Under the pieces are notes generated by a model. It was given only the letters and a program-made list of their open reading frames with translations, had not been told where the DNA came from and made no database searches. From Camelus dromedarius (lineage: Eukaryota), in the NCBI RefSeq assembly GCF_036321535.1, contig NC_087436.1:120902001-120966000 (forward strand): a stretch of 64,000 nucleotides of DNA, in the 5' to 3' direction. The number at the start of each line of letters is the position of its first letter. The first letter of the stretch is position 1. Below, in pieces: positions 11,334-23,126 of this stretch. The position numbers and the translations under genes were made by a program.

Positions 11334-13578
11334 GGCGGGGGAAAAACCTGTCTCCTCAGAAACTCTCTCCTGGCCTGTCTTGAAGTTTCCAGTTGCTGCT
11401 CAGTGTCATCAGTGGGACAAGGGGCTTCTGAGGGGTGAATGCAGACCCCAGAGCCCCCCTGCCCCGTGACTGGGGATGACCAATCTGGAGCCTCCGCACC
11501 AGCACCAGGTCCTGCCCGGGGGACAGGGAGGGGTCACCAGGCAGGGCAGAGGGCGGGCAGCCAGAACCCAACCCTGCCAGTCTGAAGGTGGCGGGAGGCA
11601 GGACCCCGTGAGCTGGCCCCACACGTGTGCTCTATGTCCTGGGAAATTCACTCACAAAACACAAAGGCAAAGATAAAACTGTTAGGACTGCAGAGTTAGC
11701 TGGGGGTCTGCACCGTCCCACGGGGCTCCCACCCAGGGCGCCCCGGGCCAAGAAGCCTGAGGATTTATTTTGTACCCTTCCGTCCCGGATGTCTGCCGCC
11801 TGGGTGGGTGGGCGGGCTGGGGGAGCTCTCAGGGCCTCCCAGACACTGCCCACTCTCTGCACAGGTGAAGCAGGCTCTGACAGCCTGAAGGCCACCCTCC
11901 AACCAGGGTGCAAGGTGGCTGGCTGAGAGGGACAGCAGGCCTGAAGCTGAGTGCACAATGTGGTCAAGGATGCTGGGGGTTGGGGGGGCCCACGAGCAGC
12001 CACCTGGTGGCCCATAGGAAGCTCTGGCACCAGGGTGGGTGGCCCTCAGTCAGGAGCAGTTCTACTTGTTTTTATCATAATTATGGCCACCCCCACTGTG
12101 GGAGGAGTCCCCGCTGGCCCTGACCTGAACCCAGGACTTCCTGCCCCACTGCCCCTTCCAGTCTTGCCTAAAGCCTGGGATGAGACCCCCACCCCAGCCT
12201 CAGGGATCGCCCCTGCCACCCCGTGCTGTCGCTGACCCACAGGCCTATGGTTCCACCAGCCCAGACTTGCCGGTCCCCACGTGTCCAGCACCGTCCAGCC
12301 GGGTGGCCGCCTGAGCCGCAGCTCGGAGGATTCTGGGAGCAGGGTGCCTTCCGTCTGGGCTCAGCGTGGAGACACCCAGGTCCAAGAGGCCCTGGGCAGG
12401 TGGGCTTCAGAGCTCAGTCTTTACAAAGGCCACTGTGCACCCTGGACACGTTTCACTATGGGGGATGGGGACCCTCACAACCAGACACACATGCACACAG
12501 CCTTGCAGCAAAGCTCGGAGAGGCACGCGGAGTGGACCAAGCAGACAGCAGATTGTCACACGTCAGCGTAGGACAGGTTCTGCCGCCTAATGGATCATTA
12601 AGAAAAGGGACAAAAAGGAGACTGGGGTGTCAGGGCCTTGGGGTGAAGACCTGCGGTGCCTCCTGTTACAGGGGTTGCAGGGTCCATCAGGCTCTGGGTA
12701 CACTGTCGGCGCCCACTGTCTGTTTCTCCTTTTCCCCCAGAGACGTGTAAACCGAGGGGGAGGTGGAACTTGATTCCAGAACAGCCAGGCTGCTGCTCTC
12801 CAGCGGAGAAGGGAGGAGGGAAGCTGGCTCCCTCCCCGGGGCCAGGGTCCCGCCCTCCCCTGCTCAGAGAACCCAGAGTCCGCGGAGGGCCTCGAGGAGG
12901 GAGCCGCTCTTACCCCATTACTGCCTGTGGGCGTCTATTTTGTAGAATTAAGTGCTGGAAAGCATCCCTTGCTGCTCTGTTTTCCACTTGTTTCTCTGGC
13001 TTCAAAGTCAGTAACCTCCCCTGTTTCATTGTGAAACACAAAGCAGTGGCAGGTGTGTCTCCCAGGAAACCCCCACCCCCACCCCGCCCCCGTCAGCAGG
13101 GAACAAGTTGGCTCCGGGAGCGGGAGCTCGCAGCCAGCCAGCCCCGCCCCCAGCCCGGGTGCCTGTCCTGGAGCCTCCCGTCTGGGGGCGCAGCCGGGTG
13201 CCCCTCCCTGCTGTGGGATGTCAACTGAGCCATGCCCTCCACGTCTGAGTTCTGGTGTCCCCTCTGCAAAAACGGAGGGTGAGAATAACTGTGACAATAA
13301 AAACTGTCCCCCCTGGGTTGCCCTGGGCTGAAAGAGGTGATGTGGAAACAAGGATGTTCCCACAGACTGGGCGCCGGGCTCCCCGGGAGGGACAGGCACT
13401 CCACCCCTGTCACCATCCAGTGACAGGGTGGGACCAGCGGGAGGAGCCGGCCGGAGCAGAGGGCCACAGATCCACACGGAGGAAGCGTGCCTCACGCTCG
13501 GCCCCCCAGCTGCCCAGAGAACTCCCCACCCACCGAAAGTGGTCCCTTCACCAGTGCTCCCTCCAGCCTTACTCCTAA

Positions 13579-13752
13579 CAGGGTCACCAGACAAAAAGGG
13601 ATGCCCAGGTAAGTTTTAATTTCAGATAAGCGATAATACACTTTTAGTGTATTTCCTAATATTGCATGGGATACCCTTAAGATTGAGTCATTGTTTATCT
13701 GAAATTGAAATTTGACTGGGTGTCCTATATCTTCATCTGATGAATCTGGTTC
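13579..13752. mobile_element. MER53 palindromic hAT MITE
   Basis: Inverted arms GGATGCCCAGGTAAGTTTTAATTTCAGATAAGC (13599-13631) and GTTTATCTGAAATTGAAATTTGACTGGGTGTCC (13693-13725), with central AATATTGCATGGGA. Confidence 0.8.
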
Positions 13753-16700
13753 ATTCCATTGTCCAGTTGGAAACTCAGGGGGCTGGGAGTCTTGGCCTCT
13801 GGGGTGGCCAAGTAGGGTCTCCATTTGGGGGCCAGCAGGGAGGCGGTGTTGTCCTGGGCTTCCTCCTCTTGTTTGTGCTAAATTTAAAGGCTGAGCACAG
13901 GTTTTGGGGTGAGACGGTCTTAGGATGGAATCTTGGGTCGCTATTTTTGCTGTGGGTCTTTGGGCAGGTGACTCAACTTCTCTGGGCCCCAGTTTCCTCA
14001 TCTCTGAAAAGGATGAGCAGTGAGACCAGGATTGTGGGTGGGACCCAACACTTGGCACTTGAGCCATCTGAGGACCCCTCAGGGGGCCCCCAGGCCCGTC
14101 CCACCCTGTCCTCGATTCTTCTCTGTCCCTCTAAAAACCCAGCATGATGACATGAGCCACTTGTAGGACCTTCCGAAGGATTAAACATAGGCACGTGCGG
14201 GCAATTACTAAATCACAGTTTTGAGCTGTCACCTCCAGAAAAAGAATGACATTTATTATTCATCATCCCTGCACAGTTCCAGGCAGCAAGCATCTTCAAT
14301 TCCTGATCTTTTTTTTTTTTTTTAACTGGCTCATCTCCTGGAGGCTAATTCTCAAGGGCTCCCGGGGCCTGATGCGGGCCGGGTAGGGACAGGCGAGCAG
14401 AGTTGATGGTGAGTGAGCCCTGGGCCAGGCAGCCTTTCCAGGGGGAGGCTCTCCTTACCACATCCCCTCTGCTCCCCACAGGGTCCTCTCCAGGAAGGAG
14501 GTCCCCCTCAAGGCCAGTGCAGCTCCAGGCCGCCCGCCGCGGTGTTACCGGGCACAGGTTCCTGGCAGAGGCCCTGTGGTCTGGCTGGGGCACTGGATTT
14601 CTAAGGATCCTGAGGGTGAAGGGGGACACCCACACCTGCTCGCCCAGCTCACTGCCTCCACCCTGCTGCTGGCCCCCCATCCTCATCCCACATCACCCTG
14701 CAGACAGACTCCTCTCATGATCCCCAGACACACCTGCCTGGGCTGCCCCTGGAAGGCTTTGCTGAAGGTTTGGGGTCACTGGGGTGCAGTGGGGAGAGCC
14801 TCACCTCCTCGGGCCCTGGCCTCCAGCTGCTCCCTGGCCTCTCTTGCTGTCCTGGAGGGTCAGCTTGCCCTCCAGAGTCAGCTCTGTGGCATTTCCCTTC
14901 CTCCCAGCCCCCTTCCCGCCCCTCTCTGGCTGCCAGGGTCACCCCAAATTCCTGGTCTTTCCCTGTGAGAACAGCTTCCTGCCTCTCCTGTCTCTGCCGC
15001 CCCCACCAGCCGGGACACCTGGCCCCCTCGCAGCCCCAGTGGGACGGGTCCTCCCAACCCAGGGGCACTTCTCCCCCGAGGACCGCCTCACCTCCTGAGC
15101 CTGCAGCTCAACTCAGGCAGCTCTGCAGTGACGCCTCCTGCCCCTGCGCAAACACCTCCCCGCCCCCGCTGCCACCGTGAGCCTTGTTGGCGGGAGAGGA
15201 TGGAGGGCCCGGGGGGGGGGGGCGAGAAGGGAGTTGCCTGTGGTCTCACCGCCCCAGCTCCGCTCTTTGTTGTAACTGAAGTAGCCGGCTGCGGCGCGTC
15301 CGTTTCTGGCGCGCAGGGGTGTTTCCGTCGGATGGGCGCACACGTGGGAAAGCCTCTCTCACCTTTGCCTGTGCATTTCTACGAGGTCTCCTCTTGCCAA
15401 CTCAAGTTCCATTTTTCTGGGTCGGTCGTCTTAGGCGCTTCGCCGTGGCCTTGGGTACTGGCACCTCGGTCCCTCTGCGTGGCAGCCCGTCCTTTCCAAC
15501 GCCGCTTTGCTGGAGCGGGTAGAGGGGGTCAGGACTCCTGCGGGCAAGGACTGCCCTGGCTCCCCCGCGGAGGGCCAGGCTCCACACAGAGCAGGGCAGT
15601 GCGGCACGAGTGAGCGAATGAATGAGCCGTTCTCTCCATTGATCCCCATCTTGCTGACTTCAAAGGTGGGGGAGACACTAGTGTTGGCAGAGTGAGAGGT
15701 GGCCATTCCCACTGACTTCACGTCTCATCTGAACTCCTCTTGCCTCGCAGCTGAATCTGAGCCTGTTTAAACAGGCACATTTTCTGGTGCCCAGAATGTG
15801 CATCCCAGGGACCCCATGAGACCCTCGAGAGCGGCCGGGGACGCCTGGCTCACGGCCAGCCCTGGGCGAGCAGCAGGTGCTTGGCAGATGGCGACTCTGA
15901 TGAGGATACACGAAGGCTGGCCTTTTGCGTCCCTGGCCTGCGTGGCTTCCAGCTTCCTTTCTTAGATGATTGCTGCTGCTGTGAGCCCTGTGGGGGGTCT
16001 TCTGAAGCTTGGTCTGCAGAGATGACTGAAGTCAGGAAGGTAAAGCGACTTGCCCCCAGATTCGATTATTTGAAGCTCTGCTCACAAAGTACGGCTAATC
16101 ATATTGATAGCATCACTGTATATTTGAATAATTCCAGATGGCACGCAGTGCCCTGCACTGGGCACGTGTGTCTGAATGCATACATCTGAGTGTGTCCCGG
16201 GGACAAGCCCCTGCAGGCCTTGGGGTCTGGTCCTTGCTGTGACCCTGTCCCCTGAGCCACATCACTGTCCACTCAGTGTTTGTACCTGGAAGATGGGGCC
16301 ACATTGACTGGTAGCTGGTCCTCTGCACAAAGGCGCCCAGTGGATGGGGGCGGAGCCAAGGGTCTGGGAGGCCCCTGGGAGGCCCCTGGGGCAGGAAGCG
16401 CGTCCTGCTGCTGCTGCACAAGAGCCTTGGCCAGATCTCCTCCCTCCTGGGCCTCCGTTTCTCCCTTTCCAATGGCGTCATAGAGCGTACCTGGCTGGAA
16501 GTTTCTCATGGGACCTGGAGAGAGTGCGGCCAGGCCTGGCCCTCCAGGCAGGTAGTGGGGGCAGCTCACCCCCTTCCCTCTCTTTCTCCATCCGTTCCAG
16601 CCCCTGTCATCCCTGGAGACCCCCTCTCTGCCTCTGTAGGCTCAAGGGGTGTCTCCAGAGAGACAGAGAGGTCTCCACCCGGGAAAAATGTCCTAGTGAC

Positions 16701-17524
16701 CCTTGGGAACCTCTCCCACCTGAGAAGAGAACGGTGGCCCTGGACAGCCTGCATCTGAGTCAGTGAACGTCCCCATGGTGACAGGTCAGGGAAGAGAGAA
16801 AACTCAGCAAGGGATTCCTGCAGGAGGCGGTTCTCTGCTGAAATGAGAAAGAATGGAGCGAACACACAATCACAGTCCAGGAGTCTCACTTGGAGAAGGT
16901 CTCCAAGACTCCAGCTGGCACATTTAAAGTGTCTTTGCCAAGACAAGCTTGGGCCCCTTCTGGTGGCTCAGCCCAGAGGTCTGCCCTATGGGGCCCTGCA
17001 GACCCACACGTGCAACCCAAGCCTAGTGTTCTCATCGGAGGAAATTCTCCAATGACCGCCAGTCTCGGGCCAGCCTGGAGCCCAGTGGCTCCTGTAAGCA
17101 AAATGGATTTGCTCAGAGATGAGAGATGCTGGACAACTTGAGCCCCTGGCATTGACCTGGCCTGCGCTGGGTATGAAATGGACACATCGTTTATAATCTG
17201 CTCCGCACAGAGGCAGCTGCCCAAGCTCCCCACACACAGGCAGAATGGGAGTCAGGAATCAGGGAGCATCTTTAAGCCAGGAGCCTGAAATCCAATTTCC
17301 ATCCTGTCCTGGGGTCTAAAAGCTTTCTGTAAACAGCCGCACCAAACTCACAGATCCAATTAGCTACGGCCCCAGCCACTTGCCAAAAGCAAGGGAACAA
17401 GCCAGACTTTGTGAGTTGGGCGGCCTCAGGCTCTGGGCAGCAGAAGATGGACCAGCACCCAGAGGCAGGAACCAGCCCTGTGCTGCCCCCTGCAGCCACC
17501 TGGCCCAGCGAGCATCTGGAAGGT

Positions 17525-17585
17525 CTAAGCCCCCAACCCCTTCCCTATCCTGTCTCCCTAAGCCTCCAACCCCTTCCCTATCCTG
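17525..17585. repeat. Tandem duplication, 33-bp period (CTAAGCCYCCAACCCCTTCCCTATCCTG)
   Basis: Two copies starting at 17525 and 17558, with one mismatch over 28 bp. Confidence 0.9.
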
Positions 17586-18109
17586 ATTGTGCCTTCAATC
17601 ACCCCCTCCCTCTGGAAATACAGAGGCGCAGGTCTCCCAGCCCTGAAACACCCTCTCCTCCGCCCGCTCCCTGCTGCTCCTTCACGCATCCCCGTCCTCC
17701 CTCCTCCCCCCACCTTTGTCCCCCCTCCCTCACTCTGCTCCTGGGTCAGGCTGAGCCCCTACGCCCACCGCCCCGGGCTCACCCACTCCTCCAGCCCCTG
17801 AGTCCTGGAGAGCATTTCTCCCCGGTGGTCCCAGACACCCACACCCTCCCTGCATGGCTTCCGGGACCCCTTCCACCCTCCAGGGTTGCTGCAGCCCCTG
17901 CCTGGCCCTGAACGGGAGGAGGGCTCAGCCCGGCTCTCACCTGCTCCCGCGGGCTTCTCTCCCTGCGAAGTGCACTCAGCCCAGAGCTGCGAGCACTGTC
18001 CTGTGAGCCCCTTCCAAACTTCTGTAACAGCTGGTTCCTCCCCCAGGACCGTCATCTTCAGAGACCCCTGAGCTGGCCAAGGATCCCTCCGCCGCGTGGC
18101 TAGAAAGCC

Positions 18110-18490
18110 CGCCTTTTCCATATTGGTTCCACAGAACACAGCCCTGGGCGAAGTTACAGCGCGACACGTGTGTGCGCGCGCACACGCACACGCACGCATG
18201 TGCACACAACATACGCGCACACGCACGCGTGTGCACACAACATACACGCACGCGTGTGCACACATATTCACGCACTCGTGATCACACCTTCGGGGAAACA
18301 GTCTCTTGGAAATTCAAAGGTGCATTAGCGTATTAAAGGCTCTGAGAAGCCCGGCAATGAAAATCAACTATTTAATTTGGTTTAACTCAGAATTTTCCAA
18401 ATTTCTGAACGCAGATACATTTTTCACAGCACATCTGTTAGTCTCCTAAGGAAGAATGTTGTATGAGGGTTGCAGTTTGGAAAATGTTTG
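18110..18490. mobile_element. MER103-like hAT DNA transposon with an internal CA/CG simple repeat
   Basis: GTGCATTAGCGTATTAAAGGCTCTGAGAAG...CAGTTTGGAAAATG, and a TTTCC...GTTCCACAGAACAC left end. Confidence 0.55.
18166..18283. repeat. (CA/CG)-rich alternating purine-pyrimidine repeat
   Basis: Seen directly. Confidence 0.9.
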
Positions 18491-19914
18491 TATGGATGGG
18501 TCTCTGAACTGAGGTAAGCCAAATGGAGGCTGAGCTCTTGACAAAAAAGAGCAAATTTTCTTGCTATTATTTCTTGCTAACAGCATTTACTTCACGCTGG
18601 GTACCACGCTAAGTGCTTTACATATCAGAAGCTGTTCATCCTCACACTTACCCTCAGGGATGGGTCTGTCATGACCCCATTTTACTGTTGGGAAAGTTGG
18701 GGCCAGATTGTTTACGTGACTGTGAAGCTGGGTGTCTCAGGCAGCGCAGGCTGAGTCACGCTGCAGTGACAAACAGTCCCACCCACTCCTGGTGGCCTGT
18801 AGCAATGAAAGCCTACATTTTGTTCCAACTGCACATCTGTCACCTTCATCCCAGCTCCCAGGCTGATGGGCAGCCACATGTGGGGTGTGGCAAGGGAAAG
18901 AGAGAAATTCAAGCTTCTGCTCTGAAGAGGGACACGTCACCGCCACCCACCTTACATTGGACACAGGAAGCTGTGTCTGCCCTCCTGAGATCACTGAGTG
19001 GGAGATATGACCCGGTAGTGAGTGTTTGAACAAGAATAGCCACATGGGAATATGAACAGTGACCATCTGGCTCCCCATGCTACGTGGCTCTTGGGCAAAA
19101 GATGCTGTTCTTCCTCATAGTTGGATGACCCTTGTGAGTAACCCTCACCCCTTCATCCCAGAAGGGGCCAACCTTGGCCACACCATTCCCTCTGTGGGGC
19201 TTGGCCACGTGTTCCATTTACAGACTTCCTTCCTCTTAGAACATCCCTCTCACCTGCTGAATCACAGCCCCCTTCCAGCCAGTGTAAACTGCGCCCGTTC
19301 TGTGCAGTGCTACTCACCTCCTCCCATGGAAGGAACTTCTGAACTCTTGCACCCCTCTGCCTAGAGTTTCCTTGGCACTCTGGCCAATGGTGTCCACAGT
19401 TATCCCCTGCCCCCACTCCCACCTTCGCTGCCGCTGCCCAGCCGGCTTGCCACACTGCAGTCAGGAGTCCTCATGCATCTCAAAGCCCAGGGGCGTGACC
19501 ACGGCCTCACAAGGCCAGAAGTAGTTGGCCCACAGGTTCATGAGCCCCTGTGGATTGCAAAATCAGTCATTACTGGGCACCTGCTTGCCCAGGGCTCCCT
19601 TTTAAAAACTTAGTTGAAGAAGGGACTCTCAAATATCTAGAAATGATTGACCGATTTAATAGAGAGCCCAGAGTGAGATGCTGTTCATCTAAGGCAAGTC
19701 AGGGGCCCTGGGGAGCCAAGGAAGGTTGCCTGCCTGGAGCCAGAAATCTATCAGGACCAGTCGCAGAAGGCGGGCGAGAGGAGAGAGGACCCCACGGGGG
19801 CAGCCATGCGATTTGGTTTGAACACCAGCAATGAGAGCTGCAGCAATCACGGCAGCAGTTTTGTTAAAGCTGAAAGTGAGAGAGCTCATCCTCGACCCAG
19901 CCCTGCTCCTGGTG

Positions 19915-21790
19915 AAAAGCACTCAGCCTTTCACACTAAGCGTGATGTTAGCTTAGAGTCTCCCAAATGCCATTCGCCAGGTTGAGGGAATCCCCCAATT
20001 CCTAATTCACTAAGAGTGTTTTTTTAAGTTAGGAATGATGTTGGATTTTGTCAAATGCCTTCTCTGTACCTATTGAGATGAGCATGTAGTTTTTCTTCTA
20101 CAGTCTATCAATGTAGTGAGTTACACTGATTGATTTTTGAATGTTAAACCAACCTTACGTTCCTAGGGTAAAACCCACTTGGTCATGATGTACTATCCTA
20201 TTTATACATTATTGGATTCAACTTGATAAAGTTTTGTTAGAACATTCTTACATCTGTGTTAATGGGAGATATTAACCTATCTGATACTGTACTGTCTTTG
20301 ATTTAGTATCAGGGTAATCCTGGTTTCAAAGGATTAATTGCAAAGTGGTCTCTCTTCTCCTTTATTTCCTAGAAGAGTTTGTGTAGAATTGGTATTATTT
20401 TTAATTGAAATGTTTGGTACAATTCAAACATTGGTGAAATCATCTGAGCCTGCACTTTCCTTTGCAGGAAGGTGTTTAACTACAACTCCATTTTCTTTAA
20501 TTGAAATAGGACTATTTAGCAGGGAGGGTATAGCTCAGTGGTAGAGTGCATGCTTAGTATGCACAAGGCCCTGGGTTCAATCCCCAATACCTCTATTTAA
20601 ACAAACAAACAAACAAACAAATAAAGAACCTAATTCCCCACTACCACCACTACCAAAAAAAAAAGAGAGAGAAATAGGACTATTCAGATTATCTGTTTCT
20701 TCTTGAATGAGCTTTGGTAGTTTTATCTTTTGATGAATTTGTCCATTTCACCTAGGAGGCAAATGTACTGTAAGGTTGTTCATAATATTTCCCAGTTATC
20801 CTTTCAGTGTCTGTGCATCCGCAGCGACTCGCCTATCTCATTCCTGATATTGGCGACGTGTGTCTCCTCTGATGAGCCTTCTTCTTCTCCTTGGCCGGCT
20901 ACTCAACTTTATTGATCTTCTTGAAGAACCAGTTGTGGTTTCACTGATTTTCTCTGTTGGTTTTCTGTTTTCTATTTCATTGATTTCCACTCTGCTCTTC
21001 ATTATTTATTCTTTCCTGCCCAATTTGAGCCTAATTTTATTTTCTTTTTCTAGTTTCCTAAGGTGAGATCTGAGATTATTGACTGGAAACCTTTCTTCTT
21101 TTCTTATCTGGGCATGTAGTATATAAATTTCTCTCTAAGCACTGCATTAGCAGCATTTCCAAACTTTTAATATAGTGTCTTTTTATTTTCCTTCTAATTT
21201 CCCCTTTTAATTTTTTTCTTCAACCTATGCTTTATTAAGAAATGTGCTATTTAGTTTCCAAATATCTGGGGATTCTTTTCAGGTATTTTTCTCCTATTGA
21301 TTCTTGATTTAATTCCATTGTGGTCAGAGAACATACTTTGTATAATTTTAAAGTACTGATACTTGTTCAATGACCCAGAGTAGGGTCCATCATTGTCATT
21401 GTTCTCTGACACTGGAAAAGAATGTGAATTCTGCTGTGACTGCACGGAGGGCCTATAGATGTCAATTATGTCAAGTTGGTCTTCTACATCCTCGCTTATT
21501 TTCTGTGCACTTGTTCTATCAATTATTTAGAAGAGGGTGTAGAAGTCTCAGGTCATTGTGTATTTTCTGTTTCTCCATTCAGTTCTATCATGTATTTATC
21601 TTTTGTTTTATTTTTTTAAGTTTTGTTATTAGGTACATATATATTTAGGATTTTTACACCTTCTTGTTGAATTGACCCCTAAATCATTATGAAATGATAC
21701 ATAATCATGATTCCTCTTTTCGTCCCTGAGAACATTCTTTCCTGTGAAATCTACCTCGTCTGACATTGGGTTTTGTTTTCATGGTTAAAA
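19915..21790 (-). mobile_element. Decayed LINE-1 (L1M) ORF2 fragment
   Basis: T-rich plus strand with typical antisense L1 ORF2 text (e.g. GATGTTGGATTTTGTCAAATGCC). The track ORF 21251-21445 retains KIIQSMFSDHNGIK, the L1 endonuclease SDH motif. There are many stops and frameshifts. Confidence 0.9.
20521..20670 (+). mobile_element. tRNA-Ala-derived SINE (camelid vic-1-like) nested in L1
   Basis: A box TAGCTCAGTGG, B box GGTTCAATCC and an (AAAC)n/A-rich tail. A 14-bp target-site duplication GAAATAGGACTATT lies at 20503-20516 and 20671-20684. Confidence 0.9.
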
Positions 21791-23003
21791 ATAACTCAGC
21801 AATTTGGGATACCTTGGTCCAGCTGTTGCGGGCACCTGCTGGTGCCTGGCCCGCGGGGGAGTGAGGGTCCCGTCTCCTGTTCACCCAGGCACCCCCCACA
21901 AGAGAGCTACCAGGGACTGCCTTAGACCCCCTTTTACTTAGCTTGGAGGAGACGGGGGCAGGTGAGGAGGTGCCGCCACAGCCCCCACGTGGTTGACAGC
22001 TGCCCTGCCTGGAGGGCCTCTCTGCTCCTGTCGGCTGGTCAGGGTAGTTGCCGTGAGGAGGCTTGCACCGCACCGGCTCCTTTCTGGCGGGTATTGCAGA
22101 GTCATGTTCCTCGGAGTAGAGGACGTACAGAGCGCTGCGTGCAAACCTGGAGGTGGTACCCAGCAGGAAAGGGACACAGCTCTGCTCTGCCAGGCCTGGG
22201 GCAGGGCAAGACCAGGCAAAGGGTGGGGTGGGGGTGGCCCAGGACACGCTGACAATCCTGGACAGGCTGATTTGGGATAAAAGGAACTTACAGGGACCTG
22301 GAGCACGTGCCAACTTTTCCCCTGTCCCTCTGAAGCCAAAGATCTGAACGGTTGGTGTGGATGGTGCAGAGGCCCCGCTCCCGTTTCCAGGCCAGCTCCA
22401 GCCCAGAACATCTCCTTGTTGTGGGAATGGGGGGTCCAAGAGGACATGCTGCCCGGTTCTATTTATCCCACCAGCTCTCTTTGTCCAGACTCCTTGGTGG
22501 GCACTGAGCACTGAAATGTGCCAGTATGGCCCCCGTCCAGCAGGGTGTGGGGCAGACACAGTGGAGACAGAGCAATGGGAGCCAGGGGTCTGGTGTCTGC
22601 CTGGGACACAGTGTTCGAGGCGGTGGCACAAGACTCACTTGAGCTGAACGGCGAAGGATGAGTGAGGTCAGCAGAGTGAGGGAGCAGTGTGTGTAAAGGC
22701 ACTGAGGCATGGGATGCCAGGAGACCTCTACTAACTGTGAAACCTGTGGGGTGTCACCGGGATCCAGGGCAGCCCTAGCTCCTCATAGCCACACCCACGA
22801 TGTCCAGCTCTGCCTTGCTCAACACACAGCCTCCATGCCACCACTTCCTGCCCCTGCCCTTGGCAGACATCACTAGTAGACTATGATCATCTTCCCTGCA
22901 GACCCCCAGATGCAGCCTCAGGTTCCCTGGCATGGAATTGGAAACCTCTCGAACACCCCCGACCTAACTTCTCTTTCATCACGGCTGCCTGTGACATTAA
23001 TTT

Positions 23004-23126
23004 AATTTTTTATTTTACTTTATATTTTTTTACAGTTTTTAAAATAGAAGTAGGTACCGGGGATTGAACCCAGGACCTCATGCACGCGAAGCACGCGCTC
23101 TACCGCTGAGCCATCTCCTCCCCCTC
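23004..23126 (-). mobile_element. tRNA-Ala-derived SINE (vic-1-like)
   Basis: GGCTCAGCGGTAGAGCGCGTGCTT...GGTCCTGGGTTCAATCCCC on the minus strand. Near-perfect TSD TGACA(T/C)TAATTT at 22992-23003 and 23127-23138. Confidence 0.88.

Noticed and set aside
20521..20595. Apparent tRNA gene (Ala-like cloverleaf with A/B boxes)
   Set aside because: It has an A-rich tail and 14-bp TSD, an altered anticodon loop (AGT) and four diverged siblings in the window, so it is a SINE rather than a tRNA.
21705..22631. 308-aa minus-strand ORF
   Set aside because: No domain similarity that I recognise, its end runs into decayed L1 sequence, and there is no supporting gene structure.
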